In this document: one piece after another, positions 1 to 16,860 of the stretch
Layout of the letters: each line of letters begins with the position of its first letter
Numbering within the stretch: position 1 is the stretch's first letter
DNA from: Macrostomum lignano
Taxonomy: Eukaryota
DNA length: 64,000 nucleotides
Direction of reading: 5' to 3'
Assembly (NCBI GenBank): GCA_002269645.1
Contig: NIVC01001450.1
Span: forward strand, 124,001-188,000
Translations under genes and position numbers: made by a program
Notes under the pieces: generated by a model
What the model was told of the DNA's origin: nothing
Databases searched by the model: none
What the model saw: the letters and a program-made list of their open reading frames with translations, nothing else

Positions 1-1356
1 AGTTTCGCCGAATTCGTCCAATCTAGTAATAGCTTTTGCTACTAATGGCTCATCTTTCTCGCTAATTTGACTGCGGCCTGAAATGAAGCCGAGTTCTGCA
101 GTCTCTGGAATATCTTTACATTTAGCCTTGACATAAATTTCGCTCATCGGTGCTATAGATACTTTCTTGACTACTTGCAGTAGGACGCAACGCGTTTCAT
201 CACTCGTTGTTACAAGCGGAATTCTGCGATCACTAAATTCTAAGGATTTTCCTGCTATATCTAATTTAATTTTATGCCTAGTTAACAAATCGATGCCTAT
301 AATTGATGATGTTAGTAAGCCTTCAGCCACATAGAATGGGTGCGTAATCTCGCAGTCCCCAAATCTGACGCGCAATGCTACTTGGCCTAATAAATTTGAA
401 GTCTGGCCATTGGCGGATCGCATATTCACTGAGCATGGCTTCAGACTATGATTGGCTGGATAGAGGCGTTGATATAATTTCTTATCGATTAGGCAATTTG
501 AGGCGCCGGTATCAACTAATATTTTTTCGCTTAATCCGTTAATCTGGCTATCGAGGAATAATCCTGAATTCACTAATTGGCTAGATATGTCTGCTTCTAC
601 GGTCTTCTCTTGCTTCTCTGTTGCTTTCTTTTCAGCTGCCACATCTCGCTGGATGGCTGTCTCGAACTTTCTTAATTCCTGCTTCATTTCCCTAAGTTCA
701 GCTCTAAGTTCTGCTGTCGTTGCACTCTTGTCAGGTTCTTCTTTCGCTGATTCTTCCTGGACTTTTCCTACCAAGCATTGGCGCAAGTCCTTCAATTCGG
801 TTCTTAGATCTGATAATTCTTTTACTACCTTCGATTCGTCTGCTGAAGCTTTCTTTCCTTCTACTTCACTAAGTCGCAAGTCTATGCTGTTTAATGCGCT
901 TCTCTGAGCTGCCGAAGCTTCGCTTCGCTTCCCTAATTCTTCTGTCAATGCCTCTGACTGTCTAGCTAAGCTCGCTGACTTCTGTTTATCGATTTCTGCT
1001 AATTTGCGTTCCTCGCTTGAGCAAATTCTAACATTAACTGCTCTCTGTTTCCTACTATGAGTAGTATCGCTAGTGCGGATAAATTTTACTGTCGCCCTCT
1101 GGCGCAGAAAATGCATAATTTCGTAATCAGTTGCTATATTAGTATTAGTCACATGAAAGAAAATATCTCTATTATTGCTATCCCGCAGAAATCCGTAGCC
1201 TCTGTAATAATTGTACCAAACTAAATTGCCATATTCTTCGTTGCCTGATCTAACTCGCTGGTCTTCTACTGCTGCGGCTCTTCTATTGGGAGTGAATCTG
1301 TTTAGTGGCTGGGGGCGGTTGGCCCTCCCTTGGTGCCGCCCCGTCGGTAGTTTAAA
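1..1356 (-). CDS. pol: Gypsy Pol N-terminal part (-1 frame from gag): cold-shock-like domain, coiled coil, aspartic protease; runs off the window start
   Basis: Manual translation from TTTAAAC (1356-1350) is stop-free to base 1. It contains EEYGNLVWYNYYRGYGFLRDSNNRDIFFHV (from 1239), the retropepsin motif ILVDTGAS (DTG at 513-505) and SSIIGIDLL. Absent from the ORF track because it has no start codon of its own. Confidence 0.88.
1288..1356 (-). promoter_or_regulatory. -1 ribosomal frameshift signal (slippery heptamer plus stem or pseudoknot)
   Basis: U_UUA_AAC in the gag frame, 7-nt spacer, GGGGCGG/CCGCCCC 7-bp stem. Loop GGGAG is complementary to downstream CUCCC (1292-1288). Confidence 0.75.
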
Positions 1357-2534
1357 GAATTTCGTCTAACTGGGCAGTCTCTAGCCAGGTGAGTTTCTTC
1401 GCCGCACTCATAACAGGCCTTTCTCGCATTTGGCGCGTTCGCCCCCGAAGGTTTGAACCTGTCATTGGCCCCTCCGGCCTCGTGACCAAAGCGTGGCGGG
1501 CGTGTCATGGCGGGCCTGACAAAAGGCGAAGACTGCCGATTATAGGGTCTTGAGTAACTGCTCATGTGATGCTGTGGCCGAAAGCTATTCGGAGGCTGCA
1601 CTGGTGCCTGTGGCCTATAGCTTGGGTTTATTTGTCTATGGGCGAACCTAGGTTGCCATTGCCTGTAGTCGAACTGAGGCTGATAATTCTGGTACGATTG
1701 GTACTGCGAAGGATAGTTGCTCGGGGAAGCAAACTGAGGTCCAAATGACTGGTGGCCTTGCCCCGCGCTGGGTGCTGGCTTTTTCTGCTCTTTTTCTACT
1801 TGAGCTGTCAAAGTATTTGAGCCCTCCTGCTTCCTTCTATTCTTTTGACTGCCTGGATTTGCGAGTTCTTCGAGGATCTCCTCATTCTTAGCTGCAGTCA
1901 ATAAATCTTGAGTCTGATACTTCGATTCATGGGTTCTACGATAGGCAATAACTGCGCGCCTGACTTTATAATTTGCTATGCCGGCTTCAAATCGTTCAGA
2001 AACTCGCTCTCTAGCCTGACTCTCTAGTCCTGCTTTCCTAACTAATTCAACTAATGCGTCGTAAAATTCTTCTAATGATTCGTCTTCCTGCTGCTTGCGG
2101 TTCATCAGCTCTAGCTTCGCTTCTTCCTTCTGTCCTACGGGCTTAAATTTGTCCTTTAAAGTCTTTTCGATGCTTTCGAATGATTCGGTGCTCGCTAGGC
2201 CTAAGTTAATGTAAACCTTGTAGGCGTCTTCGTCTAGGAGCGACAATAGTTGATACACTTTAGCCGATTCATCTATACTGTTGCCTTGACAGTAATTGTT
2301 GAAGATTCTTAGAAACAATTCGAAATCTGAGCCAAGTCGGTATGGCTTTGGCTTTGCTACGCTGTTATGCGACTTCAAAATCACTCTAGGTTCGGGATTT
2401 TCGGTTTCCATTCTTCTTATGCGGTCCTGCAGTTCTCTTACTACTGTTCTCAAGTGTTCGGCCTCATCTACTTCGCCTTCGTTCCTAATCTCAACTGACT
2501 TCGATTCTTGACTATTTTCTCCGTCTTGCGCCAT
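1302..2534 (-). CDS. gag: Gypsy Gag with capsid-like region and one CCHC zinc knuckle
   Basis: 410-aa ORF with RKQQEDESLEEFY (major-homology-like) and CYECGEETHLARDC knuckle, directly upstream of pol. Confidence 0.9.
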   Translation of the reverse strand: MAQDGENSQESKSVEIRNEGEVDEAEHLRTVVRELQDRIRRMETENPEPRVILKSHNSVAKPKPYRLGSDFELFLRIFNNYCQGNSIDESAKVYQLLSLLDEDAYKVYINLGLASTESFESIEKTLKDKFKPVGQKEEAKLELMNRKQQEDESLEEFYDALVELVRKAGLESQARERVSERFEAGIANYKVRRAVIAYRRTHESKYQTQDLLTAAKNEEILEELANPGSQKNRRKQEGSNTLTAQVEKEQKKPAPSAGQGHQSFGPQFASPSNYPSQYQSYQNYQPQFDYRQWQPRFAHRQINPSYRPQAPVQPPNSFRPQHHMSSYSRPYNRQSSPFVRPAMTRPPRFGHEAGGANDRFKPSGANAPNARKACYECGEETHLARDCPVRRNSLNYRRGGTKGGPTAPSH

Positions 2535-3040
2535 GCTAAGTTTTAATCAATCGGAATTTCTATTACTGCAACTTCAGAAAGTACAACTTGTAGGCTATAA
2601 CAATTTCAATAATCTAGCTTTTCTATTTTATCTAATGAGCGGAATCGGTCGCTTCGCTCGCACTGGCAATAACTGATAAGAAAAACTGAATGTACACTGA
2701 GACAAATTCAACCAATGTACTCTCTAGTGCGCGCACTCGCAGACTATGCTAATAAACACTAATGAAATTTTCAACTGTAAACAAAATCTACTGGCACACG
2801 CAAGTTTCTATCAAAGTGCTAATTTGAGTTTAGAAAGTCAATTTTATTTTTCCCACTCCTAAATCCTATTCAGTATTTTGGGGTAACTGGCCAACCGCAA
2901 AAACCACACCTAATGCGGAATTGCTGCACACTGCGTGGTTGACGAAATAGCCGCTACGAGCCTGGAACAGACTCGTTGAGTTTTAGTCTAAGCTTGCTCA
3001 CTTAGAGCGCCTACGAATAAACTGCCGCCTGTTAACTATT

Positions 3041-3058
3041 GGATTCCCAGGGGCTCCA
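3041..3058 (-). promoter_or_regulatory. Primer binding site of the Gypsy element
   Basis: Minus strand reads ...ATATCACA-AG-TGGAGCCCCTGGGAATCC, i.e. TGG two bases after the LTR-terminal CA. Cognate tRNA not identified. Confidence 0.6.
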
Positions 3059-3060
3059 CT

Positions 3061-4571
3061 TGTGATATATAGGCAATTAGATAATAGCATGCACGGTAAG
3101 CAATTATTTAGGCCCTAGACAAACCTACTTGGAGCGTTTGGAGATTTTAAAGCTATTAATCCTAATCGCCTATCGCCGGTCGGCGAGTCCTACCAGTCTT
3201 TCTCCAATAGCCGCAGGTACAGTACAAGAAAAGAAAGAACACGAGGGAACACAAACCGAAATATTTAGAGAGTGATAATCCTATGATACAAACTGATAAT
3301 TGGCTAGACGATTTAATTTGATTACTCAAGTTACAGGATTCAAGCAATTTCGCGACGCAGATAATTAGACTGATGATAACGAATAATAACGATTAATAAT
3401 AATGATTATATTACGCACTGACAAGCGTATCTCAGCTCGAAGAAGAAGAAGGAGAACCGAACACGACCACGGAGAAGACTCCTAACCCCTGGCCTAAGCC
3501 AGAACCTACACTCAAACGAGAGCCCTGCCGAACCGACCGTTCAACGGAGTACCGACTAAATTCTATCGGCACTGCCCTTCAGTGTAACACTGAGGCCCTC
3601 GGGGTCGAGGCCGCGTACTTGATCAGATCCGACAGTCTCTATCTAACCGCGCTTGATAGCGACGACTTCAGACAGAAATTTGCCGTAGACGTTACGCCAC
3701 AAGACTACTGCGGTTGGGCGGGAACAAAGATACGGACCGGGGGTGATGAATTCAGGCGCCTCAAAGCGCGAACCAAAGGGAAACAGCTAGGCCACCGGCC
3801 GGGAGACAAGACAAAACCGGGGAAAGAGAGCAGGGAAAAAAAATGAGATCCGATTGCCAAACACACATTCATATATAGTCAGAGTCACAACCCCTCAAAA
3901 CCCCCCTCAAGCCGGGTGGTGGTCGTCTGGCCGGCCGCTTGCTTAAGCCGAATTGCACTGTGCCCGCGGCGCCGGGTAGAATTGAAACTTGCCGCGTGCC
4001 AGGGTCCAGGCCGGTTCTGATTGGCTGACCGCACAAAGCTGGGGTTCGCAGACAAACTCAACCCTCCGCTGAGTCACAAATGGCGTCTAACTCTAACCTG
4101 TTTACGCAAAATTGATTCCAACTAACAAGGAAAAAGTACACCAAAAACGTATGACTAAACTAAAGCAAAATAATAATTCAATAACAATATAGAAACTAAT
4201 GCAGTCAATTTACAACAAAATACACGCAAAGATGCTCACACTACACAACCAACAGGAGGGGGGATAGAGAAGAATTGAAAAAATGGTAGTAAAACGCAAT
4301 GATTTTTATACACAAATAATACATAGATCCAATTGGGGGAACACCGAGGGGAACACTGGCGGGAAAAAAGGCAAACCCCGGAAGGAACACAGCAAAACAA
4401 AGCGGGACCAAGGGAAGGGGCAACTATTGGACCAAAGGTGGGGGCAACGAAGGGAAAGCGCACAGTTCATCCGGGGGAGCAGAAGTGACGTCAAAATTAT
4501 CCCACCGGGTGGAGGCGCTTCGCGCGTCGCCAACCGTTGCAGGAGCCCCAGTGGTAGACCGGCCTACCACA
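3061..4571 (-). mobile_element. 5' LTR of the cold-shock-domain Gypsy element (outer boundary uncertain: 4078 or 4571)
   Basis: Inner end ...TCACA next to the PBS is clear. Candidate TGTG starts at 4078 and 4571; strand-biased composition continues to about 4571. The second LTR lies outside the window. Confidence 0.5.
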
Positions 4572-4584
4572 CTTTTTTATTTAA

Positions 4585-6205
4585 TGTATCGTAAATTTAT
4601 GATTTCTAAAGTTCATATGAGGTCAGCGATACTATTGTTATTGTCAATTGTCATGCATTTAATACAGTTTTAAAGTAAAGTAAAACTATTCAGACACTTT
4701 CTCAAAACCTCTAGCAGTACATTGGCCGTGCAATTTTAGAATTTTTGGAGGCTATTATCCATCAAACATTACACTGCGGAGACAGGAAAAAGGTTACAAG
4801 CCAAAAGTTATATTTACCCACTAGTGACATTAGTAGCTAAAATATTTTGTTTTGCTTCGTCTTGAAGCAAGTATATATATATAATGCAGAATATAAAGTG
4901 TGAAGAAGTGACACAACAATAAAATTAATTCATAGAGTATAAAAAATAAAAACTAGAAAGATGAAACTTAATAATGCGCAACTATTACTGTATATAATAC
5001 AGCAGAGTAACATGTTGTGCACGCTAAATTAAAATAATGGTAGTCCTCATCCTCCAGAATGAAATGCTTTAGATAGTATATTTTGTTCTTAAAACATATT
5101 CTCCTCTCTGCAGTGTATTTTTACAGAAATCAGCCTCCAAAACAATTACAGGACCTCTGAATCTGACTGTATCGTGGGTTGCTTTCACAAGCTGGAAATT
5201 TCACATCGAAACCAGTTATTTTCATGAGCTCGAAATTTCACAACCTCGAAAATTTCAGCAGCCGACTTCATAAGCTCAAAATTTCACAAGCTCGAAATTT
5301 CACAACCTCGACAACCATTTTAGCAGCCACTTTCACAAACCCGAAACTTCATAAGATCGAAAATTAATATCCTCGAAAATTTTAGCAAGCGACTTCATAA
5401 GCTTGAAATTTCACAACCTAATATAGATGCACAAGGAAGGCCCCTTGCGTGCACCCGCGCTCGCAGCTCACACTGCTGCTAATATCAACAGCAGTCTGAG
5501 GAGTAAGCTCAACCGCCTGCAAGTTAGCGATGTGGCAGTCCATTAGTGTAGCAGTTGCAGGCTTAAAGTAACTCTCATGAAGTCATGGACTCATTGTCTC
5601 TGTTTTATTCGCTTGTTTTTGTTTTGGCACGGTTTGAGTCTAGCAGTACTAATATTAAACACATAGTAAACTTTTGTAACACTTGGGGTGAAGCACATTT
5701 AGTTCCTGTCATATTTATTGTCATTGAAGTCGAAGATCAATTATATACCGGTACCGTATCGATGTATCGTATTTAAAAAAAATAGATTCTTTATTTGAAA
5801 GTTCAACTGTTGTGCTACCTTAGATACATTTTTTCTGGTAAAAAAGTCTTGTTTTAAATGTATTGTGATAAAATTAAAAAACTCTCCTGCTTCTATCATG
5901 AACAAGTTATAAAATCGAAAAGTAAGTTTATTTTTGTTAATTTTTTCCGTTTTCTTTTGACAACAGGAACTAATTACCTTTTTATTTAATTTAAATGTAA
6001 ATCGTAAATTTATGATTTCTAAAGTTCATATGAGAATGCAGCGATACTATTGTTATTGTCAATTGTCATGCATTTAATACAGTTTTAAAGTAAAGTAAAA
6101 TTATTCAGACACTTTCTCAAGACCTCTAGCAGTACATTGGCCGTGCAATTTTATAATTTTTGGAGGCTAATATCCATCAAACATTACACCGCGGAGCCAG
6201 GAAAA
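4585..6205. repeat. About 200-bp direct repeat pair (4585-4790 and 5995-6205)
   Basis: Near-identical ATCGTAAATTTATGATTTCTAAAG...CATCAAACATTACAC blocks. Confidence 0.85.
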
Positions 6206-6459
6206 ACAGGCTTGCTAAAAATTTTCGAAATTTTGCCTGCTAAAACATTTATCCAGGGGGGCAAACGGCAACTTAAACCGAGGGACTCTGTGACATCCGC
6301 CAGCTTTTCGTTTTTCGAGGAGGCTCTTCCCCCTCCTTTTCGTTCTGGCCTGGCGTGGAAGCGGCTAGCTTCCTCGTCTTGGTCTGCTGGTGGGGGACGG
6401 ATCCCCCCTGCTGCTTTTTTGCGGGGCAGGTGGCTGCTAAGTAGTTGGCTGCTGGCTAA

Positions 6460-11543
<5,084 letters not shown>

Positions 11544-12943
11544 TCCTTGTGCTCTTTTACCTTGGGGTTGCGATAGGGGCCTCGCGGCCTATTCGCGGCG
11601 CCTGCGCCCCCCGTCAGTACCAGTACCAACATTTATCCAGGCGCCTAGGTGCATGTAGATAAGTAGCTGCTGCAAAAGCCGTCTGTCTGTCTGTTTATCT
11701 GTCTGTATGACAAAGCTGTTAAAAGTCCTTTTGCAGTTTTACTGTCTCGGCTTTTTGCAGTCTCAGCTGGGGCTTAGGGCTAGGGCCCTAACTAGGCCTT
11801 TAGACGTTTACATGAACTTTATGGTCTGTCTAGACACAAGAGTCTAGTCTGTTGAGTCATACTTTAGCCCCGTCGTATATATGTATATATATACTTGAGC
11901 AGGGCAAGAAGGAAAAAGATTTTCCTTCGTATATAGCCGCGAAAAGAATTCGAATTACGTACAAATTCGTAATTCACATACGGACAGTTCCCAGAAATAT
12001 ACATACATATTGATTTGTAGACTATGCTTTCTCCAATCTGAATCTGGACGTTCTGTCGCATACATGCAGATAGTATAAAGTTACTATAGCAAATTACATG
12101 TACATGTAGGTAAGTAAGTGACTACAGCTAAACGTTTTATAATGTTTTCAGTATGCCATTTGTTGTATTCCCGAATACAAGAAAATCAGTTTGCAGCATT
12201 GGAGAGCTTTATTGAATTTTTTTATTACATTTCTTGATCCATAACTGGCAAGCTATGCAAGAACCATCCAACCAAGAATCAGGATAACCGAAAAGCAAAA
12301 TCATAAGTTTGAGCATTTTCTAATCGTGTTGCTATGGTGACAAGTATCCAGGTATCCAGGCGATATCCAGGTGCAGGTTTGTGGTGCTTCTATGGCATCG
12401 CAGCGGCCAGGCCATAGCGTTGAACATCCTGGGCCCCAAGTCCGGCTAGACACATAAAGCCGGCAGCCCAGAGCTTCGGCAATGGCAGAGCGCGCTGGAA
12501 GCTCTCGTAGCGATCGGGCAGAATCTGAATGAGAGTGCAAAATGTGTTTTTGACTGATTAGTCTTGTTGTCTTCGTTACATATCGCTGTAGATTCTGGGG
12601 GTGGATTCTGAAGGTTATTTGCTTAAGACGAACGAGTCAATTGTGGATAGAATGTACTTTTCTGTTGTAGTAGGATGCAATAACTCGTAGGATGGTAGGA
12701 TGCGGTGCCGCCAAGTATCAGAACGTAGCCGAGTGGCCAAACCAAGGCTGCTGGGGTGCTGGAATTGAACTTAATTGGTTGCATTGAACAGCAGTCCTAA
12801 GTAATATTTTTTAAATGTAAATCGTAACAGTGTGCAATACTTTTTTTCTGATTACAACTTGCCAAGCTTATACTATGGTATGATCAATAAATAAGGAAGA
12901 AATTGAAGGCAAAGATTTTTAATCCAAAAAGGGGGCTGGGTAA

Positions 12944-13332
12944 GAACCCTCGGGGCGAACCATTTTTATTTAAATACAATACATAATCTACAGAGAATAC
13001 ACAGATAATACACAGCAAACCATTTCGCCCCGAGGGTTCATATCTGATTGTAGGGAAAGTTCTCGGAATTGTCTGTCTGTCTGTCCTTCTGTGTGTCTGT
13101 ATGTATGTCTGTATCGGTTCGCCTGCCTGTCAGTCTGTCTGTCCTTCTGTATGTCTGTCTGTATCGGTCTGTCTGTCTGTCTGTCTGTCTGCCTGTCTGT
13201 CCTTCTGTATGTATGTCTGTCTGTCTGTCTGTCATTCTGTATGTCTGTCTGTCTCTCGGCCTGTGTCTGTCTAAAAATGTCTGTCCGTTTAAAAATGTTA
13301 AAAAATTCCGAAAACTTTCCCCACAATCAGAT
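12944..13332. repeat. Non-autonomous element-like unit: two inverted-repeat pairs plus (TCTG)n core
   Basis: 16-bp IR at 12944-12959/13024-13039. 29-bp IR with 2 mismatches at 13042-13070/13304-13332 enclosing TCTG repeats. Confidence 0.6.
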
Positions 13333-13475
13333 AACCCAGCCCGCCCAGCTCAATTAAAGTTCGAAGCTCAAAGCTCAATTAGAGTTCAAAGGCAAAGGCT
13401 AAAGCCGTAGGCCGCTGCTTCGTAGGCGCCGGATCCGGCGCCGAATGCGGCGCTGAGGCAGCGGCGGCGGTGGTG

Positions 13476-13506
<31 letters not shown>

Positions 13507-15959
13507 CGGTGGTGGCGGTGGCGCTAGATCCATCTGGAAAAGAAACCAGAGTTGAGTGAAAAAAACCATTTTTCGCGCCATCTTGAAACCATAATGATGA
13601 ATTGCGTCACTTAAAACATGATGCTAGTGTATGTCTAGAAACCATAGTGCACATGTCCTCCTCACACTACTTTTAGTAGCCTACTCTTCCTAGTTGTCTC
13701 GCAGGTCACTCAGATACTCAGGGGTAACCTCCTGGATTTAAAGGTCTGTGTTCAGTATATTGCTTGTGTATAGGAAAAATTTGTGTGCTTTGGGAGCACT
13801 AGAAACGGTGGGAAAGAGAAAAGTGGATGGTTATGTAATCCTACTAAATTAGTTACGCCATGAAGATTTTAACATTAAGATTCGCATAAGGTAATTTTTT
13901 AAATCTAAATGGCCTCCTAAAAATGCATATTTCCTTGGTTGTTACACTGCCGCAGACTGTGATGGAGCTGGAGATACACAAATTCCTCTTAGGGCTGCTG
14001 ATTTATTAGTTTCAATATTTAAGTTTTAATTTCAAGTTGAAATAGGAAGTTTCAACTCTGTAACTCAACCGAAAAAGAAACTGTAAGCATGTGAAGTTTG
14101 TCTGCTTTTTCTGTTGTTTTTGCCACTCACTCACTCATTCCCCCAGCCCAGACGAAGGGTCAGGCGATAGGGCTGAATGTACATAGCAAATGTACCGTGT
14201 TTTAGAATAACTTTTTAATAGCCTTCTGTGTACCCCCGCGCGTGGAAAGGCTACGTTTAGCCATGACAGTTTAGTGAGAAATTCTAACCACTGTCCTCTG
14301 TATTGGCAAACTCTGCAGCAGTTTAACAGTGGATGGCAAATCGAGGGAATTCAGCATGGTTTGTAAAAGCGAAAGATTTATGAAAAGGCGATGCAATGCA
14401 ATACAACCCTACTAAATTAGTCACACCATGGAAATTTTAGGTTTCTCTTAAAAGTACTTTGAATTTTAAATTTCCTCCTAAGAAATGCGTATTTCCTTTG
14501 TTGTTAAACTGCTGCAGACTGCAGTGGAGATGAAAATACACAAATTCCTTTCAGGACTGCAAATTGGCAAGAAAGAAGACATGATCAAAGCATGAGAACA
14601 GCCATGAGAGTACTAAGAGAGGAAAGAAGACGGGAGAGAGAGCAGAGGAGAGACAACGGGAGAGAAGTGGAGTAAGACAGACACTAAGAAAGACATTAGG
14701 ACAGACACTAAGATAGACACTAGGATAGATAACAGATATGACAGAAATAACTATATATAGCTTATTACTAAATATATATATATATAGCTTATTATGAACT
14801 GTAAATATCCACCTATAATAAATGTCTAAGTCTGTTACAACTAAATGCGCATAGCTTAAAACTCACTATATATGCTTATAACTAAGCAAATATTGGTTAT
14901 TATGAAGCGTATTATCAAAGTAAGACTCTAGGAAGTCGAACAATTTTAAAGTTCAAAATGCCATCCACAATTTGTGCAAGCGAAAATCACAATCAAAAAA
15001 AACGTGGCGCCAAGTCTTATGACGCTCGTTAAAAGATTAATCTAATATATTCCATTGAAAAAACTTGATATCGTGCGCTTGCAGCAAAACTGAATTTTAC
15101 TAAGAATTATTCAAACAGTGGCATTTTCGATTTAAAATTATTCGATTCCTTGAACTTACCTGTATTTAAAGACAAATTAAAAATAACCAAGTATAGCCGT
15201 TAAGCTTGCGCTCAAATATTTATACTCTATGCAGGCCTATGCTTAAAATGAGACAAGGATAGCCTTTTCTTTCCAGCTCTTTATATAAGCTCCTTGATAC
15301 TGGTGAATAAAGCCACAAATTAACTTACACCGTGGGTGGTGGCCGTCGTTGAATCAAAAAGCGAGAGGCTCATTAATCAAAGGGAGGGGTTGGCTTGCCT
15401 AACTCACCGTGGGAGAATTCTCATTGGCCCGCGTGCTCAGTTTTGGGGTGGGTGTAGAACGGTGGCCCTCTCTCAATGTACGATAACTCCTAGTAGGCTG
15501 CTTGCAAGTCAGCGTTCAAACTTTGATGGGAAAACTATTCGACTATATATAATATACTAGAATTTAGAATTAGAATTTATAATGTATATTAGTACATATA
15601 GAATATATACGAGCGCATGGTCAGACACACAAGACAGACAAATCTGCTGGCTCATCAGTTCAAGTGCTTGGAAGGTCAGTTTGTCATTGTGGGGGGACAG
15701 AATACTCTCAAGTCGCAATCAGATAGCTCGTATTAGGACAGTATTTGAATTCCTTACTGTACTGTCATGGCTTAACGTTACCAGAGAAGGCTATAAAAAA
15801 TTATTTCAACTTTCCCTCACAGTTATCCCTATCACCTGATCCTTGTCTGGGGGAATGAGTGAGTGCAGTAGCACAAACAACAAAAAGCAGACAAACTTCA
15901 CATGCCTACAGTTTCTGTTCTAACTGAAGTACAAAGTTGAGACTTTATATTTAGACAGA

Positions 15960-16860
15960 GAATGAGTCAATAAAGAATTGTATAAAGTTTGAAGTCAATC
16001 GCTGTATACGTGGAGCAAACTTGTGTCAGCTGAAAGTTATTCAATTTTAAACCCCTTTCACACATCTGTCTAGTGGCCAGGAAGGAGAGAGACGGAGGTT
16101 GGGGTGGCTGTCTCGCTGACGAAAAGCAGACTAACTTTAAAAGTACACAGTGCCGTTCAGAATTAACTTCGAGACTCGAAACTTTATACGATTGTGTCAA
16201 AATAGTTGTTCAAATAGTTGTGTCAAAAAGTACAAAGTTTGGACTTTATATTTCGACAAATAATAAGTCATTGAAGAATTGTATAAAGTTTGAAGTCAAT
16301 GGCTGTATACGTGGAGCAAACTTGAATTGAATTCAATTGAATCTGGAATCTGAGATCTGGAATCTGAAATCTGAGATTTAAGATCTGAGATCTGGGATCT
16401 GGAATCTGAGATCTGGAATCTGAGATTTAAGATCTGAGATCTGGGATCTGGAATTTGAGATCTGGAACCTGAAATCTGGAATCTGAGATCTGGATCTGGA
16501 ATCTGAGATCTGGGATCTGGAATCTGAGATCTGGGATCTGAAACCTGAAAACTGGAATCTGAGATCTGGGATCTGAAACCTGAAAACTGTAATCTGAAAT
16601 CTGGGATCTGAAACCTGAAAACTGGAATCTGAGATCTGGGATCTGGAATCTGAAATATACGTGGAGCAAACTTGTGTCAGCTGAAAGTTAGTCAATTTTA
16701 AACCCCTTTCACACATCTGTCTAGTGGCCAGGAAGGAGAGAGACGGAGGTTGGGGTGGCTGTCTCGCTGACGAAAAGCAGACTAACTTTAAAAGTACACA
16801 GTGCCGTTCAGAATTAACTTCGAGTCTCGAAACTTTATACGATTGTGTCAAAATAGTTGA
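15960..16860. repeat. Local tandem duplication, second copy interrupted by a 331-bp 7-mer satellite
   Basis: 16005-16210 is repeated at 16656-16860. Insert 16325-16655 is flanked by TATACGTGGAGCAAACTTG on both sides. Confidence 0.85.

Noticed and set aside
587-907. 106-aa plus-strand ORF
   Set aside because: Antisense shadow of the Pol coiled-coil region.
3041-3058. Assigning a specific tRNA to either PBS
   Set aside because: Could not match a tRNA 3' end from memory; needs the host tRNA set.
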